Assembly: GCA_947501605.1 (NCBI GenBank)
Contig: CANMWZ010000027.1
Span: 1 to 55,492, forward strand
DNA: 55,492 bases
Source of the DNA: Planctomycetota bacterium
GTDB taxonomy: Bacteria > Planctomycetota > UBA1135 > UBA2386
Direction: 5' to 3'
Position 1 is the stretch's first letter, and each line of letters begins with the position of its first letter. Position numbers and translations under genes: made by a program. The notes below the pieces were generated by a model. The model was given only the letters and a program-made list of their open reading frames with translations, was not told where the DNA came from and ran no database searches. This document shows, piece after piece, positions 36,781 through 45,168 of this stretch.

Positions 36781-38922
36781 TCACTTGGTCTGGGGTTGGA
36801 CGCGCGAGAACGTGGACACTCGCGAGCTCTGGCCATCGTCGATCTGCGTGCTGCATCGAAAGGGCACGCGCAGGCCATCCACTGTGCGGTAGTCAGACCA
36901 CGTGTCGACGGCGCGTGTTGGCGTGCCCTCGGGCGAGAGCGTCCAAGCCTCGACGACGCGCACCAAGCCCGATTGTTGGTCGATCTCCATACGAAGCCGT
37001 TCAAATCGACCGCTGATGGCCTCGAGCAGCACGTGCTCGCGATCGCCGACGACGCGAGTCGTGAGCAGGCGGAACTTCATGGCGTCTCGCTGCCATCCGG
37101 CCAGCAACACGAGCGGGTGACGTTCGATTTCGCCGAGTCGCCAGTTCGCCTCGACCGGTGAAAGTTGGACCTTTGTGCCGCCTGAAGTCTCGGTCCACTC
37201 GCTGGCTTTGAGGTCGGTCTCGACGAGGACGCCCAGCACGGTGCGCGAACGGTGCATGCCACCGCCGAGCGACCAAGTGAAGGTCTCTTCGACGTCTGGC
37301 GCGCCTTCCGTTGCGATCTTGCGCGTGGCCGCTAGGCCTTGAACCCGACCCAAGAGGTCGGAGCCACCGATGGCGTCGACGGTGCGCGCGAGCCATGGCT
37401 TCGCCGCATCGAGGCGCGCATCGTCAGGCGTTGCGGTTGGTGGTGTCCGGCGCTGGCTTGGCAGCAGCTCGCACATGCGAACGTCTTGCGCGCCGTCTGA
37501 TGGCCTTGGCCCCCGGACGATTATCGCGAGCGGTAGTCGCAGAAAGCGCTCGATGGCAGTGACCGTCACCGCCTCGGGACTGGCGAGTGCCTGCACGCGT
37601 GCAAGCAGGGTGTTTTCGTCGATGTCGAGGACGATGCGTTCGACGAGTGCGCGCAACCCCGTCGCCGGACGGTCTTCGGAGCTTCGCAAGGAGAGCCATG
37701 CGGCCCCGCGTGCCTGCGAGCGTTCGCTCGAGGTCGGCGGTAGATCGAGCAGCGACTGCCGCGCCTTGCCGAGGATCGTCCACAGTTGGAGGGCTCTTGC
37801 CGCCGGCAACTCGGTGCGCAGAACGAGGGCGGAAGTCTCGCCGAACGTGGCGACGCTCGGAACCAACGAAAGGCGCGCCAGTCCTGCTTCTTGCAGCAGG
37901 CGTTCGAGGCGGCCACCGAGCCCGTCTTCCGTGATGCAGTTGGCCAGCAGGTGCAGCACCAAGGCGTCGGTCGCGTGCTGGCTGGGCCATTGCAGCACGA
38001 CCTCGACGTCGCAGGGCGCATCCTTGTCATCGGTCTCGCGTTCGATCCAGACGATGCCGCTCGGGGCAACGCGTTGCTGCGCCGCGGCCTCTGGTTCGGG
38101 CTCTACCTTGGTGGCGATCCAGCCGCCGAGGTCCTTCTTGGCCATGGCCTCTACTTGTTCGGCCGTGCCGGGGACTCGTAGAGCTACGACCGTGCTCTCC
38201 GGCCGGAAGTAGCGCTTTTGAAACAGAACGGCCTCGATCGGGTCTCGGTCTTGCAGCGCCTGAACGTGCGCACTGGGGCTCTCGTCACCCAGCAGCAATC
38301 GCATGGTGGTGAGGCCCACGGGGTCTGCCGTGATGGACTGCGTCCGTAGCGTGAGCAGATCCTGCTGGGAGCGTTCGAGCATGCCGCGCCCCGGCGTGGG
38401 TGCTTGGAGGGCGCTAGCAATGGCTGCATGTGCCTGTTGCCAGATTCCCTGTGGAACGCGTGCATACAACCAAGTCGATAGGCGACCTTGCTCGACGGTG
38501 AACGTGCCGCCGAGGTTTTCGATGCGACGTTGCAGGGAGAGGCGACCCGTCGTGACATCGGCACCGTGTACCAGAAGGTGAGTGGCTAGGTCGGCGGCGC
38601 CAGGTTGGCCGCGCTCGGTGCCGCCTGCCAGGAGGACGCCGATCTCGGCGCACTTGGCGATGCCGGGTTCGTGGCGAAGTACGACCACGTCGATTTCGTT
38701 GGTGAGCTTGAAGCGGCGGAGCAGCAGGGTCTCGGTTGGCTTCTGCGTGGCTGGCTGCTCGACGGATTCCGAGTTCGCGGCACCGGGTTCGACGAGGGGC
38801 GGCACCGGCTCCGCTCCAGCAGCGGTCGACGGCGTGGGGGCCCCAGAGCAGCTGGCGACGAGGGCCGCGCCGATGAGGGTCGCGGTAGAAGCCAGCCACG
38901 AACTGCGATTGCGAGCGATCAT
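36781..38922 (-). CDS. M16 peptidase-like lipoprotein (no HxxEH) with C-terminal LolA-like domain
   Basis: Lipobox LVASC; FKLTNEIDVVV; PGAADLATHLL; YFRPE; GLGGRL; C-terminal AIGG...WSDYRTVDGLRVPF. Confidence 0.7.
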   Translation of the reverse strand: MIARNRSSWLASTATLIGAALVASCSGAPTPSTAAGAEPVPPLVEPGAANSESVEQPATQKPTETLLLRRFKLTNEIDVVVLRHEPGIAKCAEIGVLLAGGTERGQPGAADLATHLLVHGADVTTGRLSLQRRIENLGGTFTVEQGRLSTWLYARVPQGIWQQAHAAIASALQAPTPGRGMLERSQQDLLTLRTQSITADPVGLTTMRLLLGDESPSAHVQALQDRDPIEAVLFQKRYFRPESTVVALRVPGTAEQVEAMAKKDLGGWIATKVEPEPEAAAQQRVAPSGIVWIERETDDKDAPCDVEVVLQWPSQHATDALVLHLLANCITEDGLGGRLERLLQEAGLARLSLVPSVATFGETSALVLRTELPAARALQLWTILGKARQSLLDLPPTSSERSQARGAAWLSLRSSEDRPATGLRALVERIVLDIDENTLLARVQALASPEAVTVTAIERFLRLPLAIIVRGPRPSDGAQDVRMCELLPSQRRTPPTATPDDARLDAAKPWLARTVDAIGGSDLLGRVQGLAATRKIATEGAPDVEETFTWSLGGGMHRSRTVLGVLVETDLKASEWTETSGGTKVQLSPVEANWRLGEIERHPLVLLAGWQRDAMKFRLLTTRVVGDREHVLLEAISGRFERLRMEIDQQSGLVRVVEAWTLSPEGTPTRAVDTWSDYRTVDGLRVPFRCSTQIDDGQSSRVSTFSRVQPQTK

Positions 38923-40391
38923 GCGTCCCTCCATTCGACCACGACGGGATTGGTCGCGAGGATGCGACGTAGCAGCGCCGTGAGTTCGGCGAATGGCGGA
39001 ACCTCAGGGGGCTGTGGCAGTGCGGTTCCGCCGTTCTGCAGCGTCCGGCGCGCGATCCATGAAGCGAGCGATGGGCTACCTCCCGTCTCGGCTTCAAACT
39101 CGTGGCGCACTCTCGTGAATGCCTGCGGCAACTGGCCGACCTCCGGCGTTGCCTGCCGGCCTTTGGTGCACAACGCGAGCACGTCATCCGCGAGCTTCAC
39201 GCTGGTGCCGGCCTGGTCCATGACTTCGATCACCAGCAGGCCTGTCGCGGCGCTCTCGGGCCACGGGGCCCGAACGGCGACGGTTGCGGTCTTGCGGCCC
39301 GAACGGACCAGTTCGCGGCCGAGCCACGAGTCGTCGCCGCCAGCAAACCACTGGGCCACCGTCGCGACGGAGGTGGCGTCGAGGCCGGCAGGCAGCGAGT
39401 AGGCGATCAACGCAGCGGGCCGCTTTGCTCCCGGGACCATCGCGCGGCGCACAGCGGCTTGGGCTCGCGGTGCGGCTTTCTGCAGGACCTCGGGTTGTTG
39501 CAGTGCGGTGGTCGTGAAGATGCCCTCGAGCGCCGACTTCAGTGCGGTCACGTCAAAGCTGCCGGTCAGCACGTGCACGGTGTTGCGCGGGTGCTGTGAC
39601 TTCGCAAAGACCTCGAGGGCGAGCTGCCGTCGGAACCCACCGATCGATGGGCGGTCACCGGCCCGTGCGAGCGCGTGGCTCGGGAAGGCGAGTGCAAGAG
39701 TCTCGGCATACAGCGGCGCCATCGGCGAGCGGTCCCACTCGGTGGTGGCCTCTTGCTGCAGTTGCGCGAGGTCTTGGCGCACCGAGCGCAGGGCCTGAGA
39801 CTCGCGGCGGTTGTAGAGGAGGCGCGCGACGGCGGTGACACCGAGCGGGGTCGTCGTCAGCGACAGGATCGCAGTGTCCTGGTCAAAGCGCAGTCGCACG
39901 TTGCGCGCGGGCGCGGTCGCCAGTACGCGACGGAACGCGAGTGGGTCGCACAGGGCGTCGGCGACGGAGCGCAGTTGCGCAACGCGCGCGAGCAGTTCGG
40001 CGCGGCGAGCCGGTTCCGCGGCGGTTCCGGACAGGCTCGGCGCGATGTCGACGATGGTCTCCGCCTCGTCGAGTTCTGCCAGGGCTTTGCGTTCGCGGTC
40101 GGCGTCGAGGCTGCCGATGTCCCAGGTCCCGCGCAGGGAAGCCTGCGCGCAAGCGGCGGCGAGTCCTGGAGTCGAGGCCGGATCGACCTGTGGGCCGATC
40201 GGCGTGGCGACGGTCCAGTGCACGATGGCCGCACCGCTGGTGGGGACCAGCACGAAGAACGTGCCGTCACTGGTGCGGAAGTCGATCGCGGACTGCGCCG
40301 AAGCGATCGACGTCGCGATCGCGATTCCGCACAACAACAGGACGGCGCGCCGAGGACCAGTCGGGCTCCGCCCTTCACACGTCTGCTGCAT
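38919..40391 (-). CDS. M16 peptidase-like secreted protein (no HxxEH)
   Basis: Signal peptide; DP..PGLAAACAQASLRGT; AFPSHAL; HPRNTVHVLTGSFD; GGDDSWLGRELV. Confidence 0.72.
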   Translation of the reverse strand: MQQTCEGRSPTGPRRAVLLLCGIAIATSIASAQSAIDFRTSDGTFFVLVPTSGAAIVHWTVATPIGPQVDPASTPGLAAACAQASLRGTWDIGSLDADRERKALAELDEAETIVDIAPSLSGTAAEPARRAELLARVAQLRSVADALCDPLAFRRVLATAPARNVRLRFDQDTAILSLTTTPLGVTAVARLLYNRRESQALRSVRQDLAQLQQEATTEWDRSPMAPLYAETLALAFPSHALARAGDRPSIGGFRRQLALEVFAKSQHPRNTVHVLTGSFDVTALKSALEGIFTTTALQQPEVLQKAAPRAQAAVRRAMVPGAKRPAALIAYSLPAGLDATSVATVAQWFAGGDDSWLGRELVRSGRKTATVAVRAPWPESAATGLLVIEVMDQAGTSVKLADDVLALCTKGRQATPEVGQLPQAFTRVRHEFEAETGGSPSLASWIARRTLQNGGTALPQPPEVPPFAELTALLRRILATNPVVVEWRDA

Positions 40392-41256
40392 GCTCTTCTC
40401 CGGTTTGCCGATCGGGCGACTGCCTTGTTCCGCCCTCCCTTATGTCACTGCTGTCGTAGCGTCGCCCGCCGCGAGGCGAGCAGACACCGCGTTGACTTCC
40501 AGCGACGAAGTCCAAGATCTTCTGGCATGCGGGCTCGCTGGCGAACGACTCGTTGCGCACCGCTTCGAGTCGTTGTTGCAGGGTGCCCGAGCGCCAGAAC
40601 AGCAGGCGGAAGGTGCGCTTGATGCACTTCTTCTGCACGGTGTTGTATTGGTTGCGGTGCAGACCCACGAGGTTGACGCCGACGAGGCGGGCACGGTCGC
40701 CCTGGACCATCGAGAACGGCGGCGCGTCGTGGGAAACCATGGCGCCAGCGCCCACCATCGCGAGCTCGCCGATACGCGCGAACTGGTGAATGCCGACCAT
40801 GGCGCCGAGGATCGCGCGGTCGCCGATGTGGGTGTGGCCTGCGGCCATGGCGCCGTTGGTGAAGATCACGTGGCTGCCGACTGTGGCGTCGTGGCCGATG
40901 TGACAGCCGACGAGCAGCATGTTGTGGTCGCCAATGGTGGTCTGGCCACCGCCGAACGAGGTGCCGCCATGGATCGTCGCGTGTTCGCGGATGCGATTGT
41001 GGGCGCCGATACGCAGGCGACCACCGGCTTCGCCTTGCTGCAGCTTCTTGTCTTGCGGCGTGGTGCCGAGCACAGCAAACGGAAACACCTCGCAGTCCGC
41101 ACCGAGCCAAGTATCGCCCTCGACGATGGCGTGGCCATGCAGACGCGTCCGCGCGCCGAGGCGTGCCAGTGGTCCGACCAGGCAATACGGGCCGACGACG
41201 ACGCCGTCTCCGAGTTGCGCGGTGGGGGCGACGACTGCGGTCGGGTGGATGTCCAT
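40375..41256 (-). CDS. lpxA: Acyl-ACP--UDP-N-acetylglucosamine O-acyltransferase
   Basis: IHPTAVV hexapeptide repeats; PQDKK; IREHATIHGGT; HIGHD; GHT; IHQF; DAPPF; GVNLVGL. Confidence 0.93.
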   Translation of the reverse strand: MDIHPTAVVAPTAQLGDGVVVGPYCLVGPLARLGARTRLHGHAIVEGDTWLGADCEVFPFAVLGTTPQDKKLQQGEAGGRLRIGAHNRIREHATIHGGTSFGGGQTTIGDHNMLLVGCHIGHDATVGSHVIFTNGAMAAGHTHIGDRAILGAMVGIHQFARIGELAMVGAGAMVSHDAPPFSMVQGDRARLVGVNLVGLHRNQYNTVQKKCIKRTFRLLFWRSGTLQQRLEAVRNESFASEPACQKILDFVAGSQRGVCSPRGGRRYDSSDIREGGTRQSPDRQTGEEHAADV

Positions 41257-41496
41257 CGACACGTGCTTGGCTTGCAGGATTTGGCGAACGCTGGGCGCTG
41301 GGGTCGCAATGACGTTCAACCGATTACCTCTACCCTATGCCCGTCGGATGCGCCACAGCCCGCAGCCTGGCCACGCGTCTTGGTCTTCCGGGTCCTTTCG
41401 CTGGCCTGCAGCCTAGCCAATCGCCATCTTCTGCGGTTCCATCGTCTCCCCGATGCTCATGACCCGTATCCCTGTGCCCGATCGAGAGGTAGTGCT

Positions 41497-43218
41497 GTGA
41501 ACGTGTTGCGCGGCGAGTCCGTAGCTCCTGGGATCGCAGTCGGGCCGGTCCATCTGCGCGGTTACGACGAGGACGAGATCGGCGTGAGCCGCATCGCGGC
41601 CGATCAGGTCGAGGACGAACTGAACCGCCTGCGCTCCGCGCTGCAGCGCAGTCGCGCCCAGATCGAGGACATCCGCAGCAAGCAACAGGGCCAACTCGGC
41701 GACGCGGAGTTGCGGATCTTCGATGCCCACATCGCCTATCTGTCCGACGCGATGTTCGTGACCGAGATCGAGCAGCAAATCGTGCAAGAGCGGCTTGGGG
41801 TGCGTCCGGCAGTTCGCACGGTGTTCGGCAAGTACGATCGCATCTTCCAACTGGTCGAGAGCGAGATCCTCCGTCGCCGCGCCAGTGACCTGCGCGACGT
41901 CTCGACGCGGCTGCTGCGCAACCTCGAGGACGCGGGCACCAAGGAGCGCTCGTCGGTGCCGACCGGTCGTTACCTGCTTGCGGCTCGCAAGCTGACGACC
42001 GCGGACATGTTCAATCTGCAGAGCGAAGGTGTCGATGGCATCGTCGCCGAAGAGGGTGGTATGAGCTCGCACGCTGCGATCCTCGCGCGCAGCATGGGGA
42101 TCCCGACGATCACGGGCATCCGCGACCTGCCTCGACTGCTGCGCGAAGGCAGCGTCGTCGTGGTCGACGCCAACACGGGCGAACTGCGCATCGATTTGAC
42201 CGAGGCCGATCTGGGTCAGTTCACCGAACGCGCCCAAGGGTGGAAAGCGCAGCGCCAGCAGGCTCCTGACGTCGATCATCGACACGAGACGCGCGATGGC
42301 ACTGCCATCGAGCTGCTTGGAAGTTGCGGCAGCGGCGGGGAAGCGGAGATGGCGCGTACGTTTGGGCTCGCCGGCGTAGGCGTGTTCCGCACCGAGCTCG
42401 CGTTCCTCGCCGAGCGCCGGCGTCCGACCGAGGATGAACTGACGGTCCAGTATCGCCAGGTCGTCGAGGGTCAGCAGGGCCGTGCCGTCAACTTCCGCCT
42501 GCTCGACGTTGCCGCGGCGGCGCTGGCCGGCGAGTCGCGCGATCCAGAGCGCAACCCTGCGATGGGAATGCGCGGCGTGCGCGGGCTGCTGCAGAACCAG
42601 GACGTCCTGCGGCTGCAACTGCGGGCGATCCTCAGGGCCGCGGTGGGTACCGAAAACACTGGTGTCCTGGTGCCGTTCGTCACGCATGTGATGGACCTGC
42701 AGCGCGTCAAGGCCGCGGTGATCGAGGAGCGTCTGGCCTTGCGCAAGGCCAAAGTCGCGGTCGCGGAGAGCGTGCGCGTGGCCCCGGTCATCGAGGTGCC
42801 GTCGGCCGCGCTGTCGTGCGGGTCGTTGCTGGCAGAATCGGACTTTGCGGTCGTCGCCGTCGATGACCTCCAGGCGCACCTGCTGGCGGCCGATCGCGAC
42901 AACTCTGCCGTCCGTGACTACCACGAACTGCCGCACCCGGCGGTGTTCGAGACCCTGGCGCGCATCGCCAAGGAAGCCGATCAGAAGGACCGCGAGGTCA
43001 TCCTGTTTGGTGAGACCGCAGCGGATCCGGTGCGGCTGCCGTTCTACATCGGCGCGGGCTTCCGTCGATTCTCGATTGCGCCAGTGCGCCTGAGGGGCTT
43101 GCTCAAGGTGCTGCGCCGGTACTCGGCAGAAGAATGCCGCCGTATCTGCGCCCGTGTGCTCGAGGCGCCGCGATCGATCGACGTCCAGCGTGTCCTCGTC
43201 AGCATCGAGACCGACTGA
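41497..43218 (+). CDS. ptsI: PTS enzyme I-like PEP-protein phosphotransferase (divergent)
   Basis: IFDAH; SSHAAILARSMGIP phospho-His; FRTE; ERNPAMGMRG; IEVPSAA; ADRDN. Confidence 0.88.
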   Translation: MNVLRGESVAPGIAVGPVHLRGYDEDEIGVSRIAADQVEDELNRLRSALQRSRAQIEDIRSKQQGQLGDAELRIFDAHIAYLSDAMFVTEIEQQIVQERLGVRPAVRTVFGKYDRIFQLVESEILRRRASDLRDVSTRLLRNLEDAGTKERSSVPTGRYLLAARKLTTADMFNLQSEGVDGIVAEEGGMSSHAAILARSMGIPTITGIRDLPRLLREGSVVVVDANTGELRIDLTEADLGQFTERAQGWKAQRQQAPDVDHRHETRDGTAIELLGSCGSGGEAEMARTFGLAGVGVFRTELAFLAERRRPTEDELTVQYRQVVEGQQGRAVNFRLLDVAAAALAGESRDPERNPAMGMRGVRGLLQNQDVLRLQLRAILRAAVGTENTGVLVPFVTHVMDLQRVKAAVIEERLALRKAKVAVAESVRVAPVIEVPSAALSCGSLLAESDFAVVAVDDLQAHLLAADRDNSAVRDYHELPHPAVFETLARIAKEADQKDREVILFGETAADPVRLPFYIGAGFRRFSIAPVRLRGLLKVLRRYSAEECRRICARVLEAPRSIDVQRVLVSIETD

Positions 43219-43338
43219 GGCGCGACTCGGGCGCTGTCGGCTCGGGGGCTTCCAGGGCGAAGACCGGCGAACTCGAGCGACCCACAACTTGGCGCACCAC
43301 GCCAGCAAGCGCCAAAAGCAGTCGGGCCCAGAACACAC

Positions 43339-43367
43339 GCGGCCGCCACCTCGGGAGGTGCGGCCGC
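43339..43367. terminator. GC-rich hairpin between convergent ptsI and peroxidase genes
   Basis: GCGGCCGC(C)ACCT-CGGG-AGGTGCGGCCGC, 12-bp stem with one bulge. Confidence 0.45.
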
Positions 43368-43393
43368 CGGTTCGCTTCGAGCTGTCGCGGTGA

Positions 43394-45022
43394 TCAGAAC
43401 AGCGTTGTCGAGAATGCGCCGGTCGAGGCAAAGCCGCTCGGGCCGTTGGCATCGAACACGAGCCACTGTGCATACAGTGCCGCACCGGTCAGGAACTGGT
43501 CGTTCGGAATCGGCAGACGGATCGACGAGTAGCCTGCGCTGGCGGTCAGGCCGGCGAAGTATGTCTGCGTCGCTGGCGACAGCGCGAGATAGATGTTCTG
43601 GCCGAGCACCTGGAACGGCGCCGGCGCCGGCGCGAAGTCGAGCACGAAGAACGCCAGCGAGCTCGGTGCTGCGCGATCGAGGCCGACGGCAAACTTGCTG
43701 TTGCCGATGAACGACGGCGTCGCGCCGACCGCTTGCGGAATCAGACCGCCGGTGCCGGCCGTGCCAGTGCCGTAAAGCTGTGGGACACGGGGGCTCTCCG
43801 ACCAGAGGCGCGGGCGATCGAAGGGCGGCAGGCCCAGCTGCACGCGCGGGTCCGTCAGCGTGTTCATGAACGCGATCAGGTTGGCGCGGTCCACCGATCC
43901 CAACTGGCCGGCGATCAGCTGCACCTCGACATCCATCGGCGCGAAGTCGCCTCCGCGGGCGTAGAAGCGCATGACGTCGTCGAGCGAAGCGAGGCTGCCG
44001 TTGTGCATGTACGGAGCGCGTAGCGCGACGTTGCGCAACCCCGGCGTCTTGAACCGACGGATGTCGGCGCTGATGCCGCTGATGCCAGCGCGACCGAGGT
44101 CTTCGGCGGCTGGGCGCAGGCCGATGTTGCGGAAGTCGTTCGGAACCGGGAGGAACGAGCCGCCGAGATCCCCGTGGCAACTGACGCAGAACATGCTCGA
44201 CAGCGCGAAGCCAGCCTGTTCGGCCGCGGTCTGGGACGCCAGGCCGTTGCTCCACAGGTCGAACGGCGACTGGTCGGCGATCAGCGTCCGCTCATAGGCG
44301 GCGATCGCGAAGATGATGCGCTGCGGGGTCACGCCACCGGCGCCGAACTCATTGTTGAACAACTGCGTGTAGGTCTGGCCAGCGACCAAGGCTTGCAGGT
44401 TTGCCGGCAACTGGTCCGCGAGTGCCAGGGGCTGCAGCGGTGCGATGTCCGTTGCAATCGCGGTCCAGGAGCGACCCATGTGGCTCATCTCGACATCGCT
44501 GAGCGGCGGGCCGGCGACTTGGCTCTCCAGCGCGGCAAAGAATGGCAAGGTCACAAGGCCCGAGACCGGGTCGGTGAAGGCGTCGGTGGCGCGGCCATCC
44601 CAGAACAACTGGCTCTCGTAGGCGGCGTTGATCACCGACGGGGCGCGGCGCCCGGTCGACTGCGGGCGGACGCCAAACATGGCGTCACCGACCTGGTTGC
44701 CCAGCGCATCCTGGCGGACCACGCCCGGCGAGCCATGGATGTCGTCAGCAGTGCCAAAGGTCCCATCGAGGCCTGGGTGGGTCGCATTCGTCGAGCGCGG
44801 GTCCGAGCCACCGCTGCCGAAGATGTGGCAGGTGCCGCATGCCATCGTTCGATCCGAGGACAATTGCTCGTCCCAGAAGAGGGCTTTGCCCAGCAGTGCC
44901 TTCGACACCGTCGTGGGGTTGCCGGGTGGCGTCGACACCGGCGGGAAGAAGGTCTGGGCTGCGGCGCTGTGACCAATCACCAAGGCGCAAACGACCAACG
45001 GGAAGCGGTGGGAGATGGGCAT
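43394..45022 (-). CDS. Di-heme cytochrome c peroxidase/MauG family protein
   Basis: LGKALFWD..LS; CGTCH; LFWDGRA; CVSCH; FKTPGLRNVALRAPYMHNG; signal peptide. Confidence 0.92.
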   Translation of the reverse strand: MPISHRFPLVVCALVIGHSAAAQTFFPPVSTPPGNPTTVSKALLGKALFWDEQLSSDRTMACGTCHIFGSGGSDPRSTNATHPGLDGTFGTADDIHGSPGVVRQDALGNQVGDAMFGVRPQSTGRRAPSVINAAYESQLFWDGRATDAFTDPVSGLVTLPFFAALESQVAGPPLSDVEMSHMGRSWTAIATDIAPLQPLALADQLPANLQALVAGQTYTQLFNNEFGAGGVTPQRIIFAIAAYERTLIADQSPFDLWSNGLASQTAAEQAGFALSSMFCVSCHGDLGGSFLPVPNDFRNIGLRPAAEDLGRAGISGISADIRRFKTPGLRNVALRAPYMHNGSLASLDDVMRFYARGGDFAPMDVEVQLIAGQLGSVDRANLIAFMNTLTDPRVQLGLPPFDRPRLWSESPRVPQLYGTGTAGTGGLIPQAVGATPSFIGNSKFAVGLDRAAPSSLAFFVLDFAPAPAPFQVLGQNIYLALSPATQTYFAGLTASAGYSSIRLPIPNDQFLTGAALYAQWLVFDANGPSGFASTGAFSTTLF

Positions 45023-45168
45023 CGTGAAACTCTGCGGACGGGGGGGAAAGGCCCTGATAGGTTCGACCACTTGCCCCTCGGCGTCAACGGGGCATCTGCA
45101 GGGCGCAGCGACCCCTTCTAGTGGTCGCAACCGCGCAGTTGCCAAGCTCCTTCCTCTCGTCCGCTGAA

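Noticed and set aside
39835..41496. N-terminal ~550 aa of the 1127-aa ORF as a giant EI fusion
   Set aside because: It is the antisense shadow of lpxA and M16-A; EI homology starts only at about 41497
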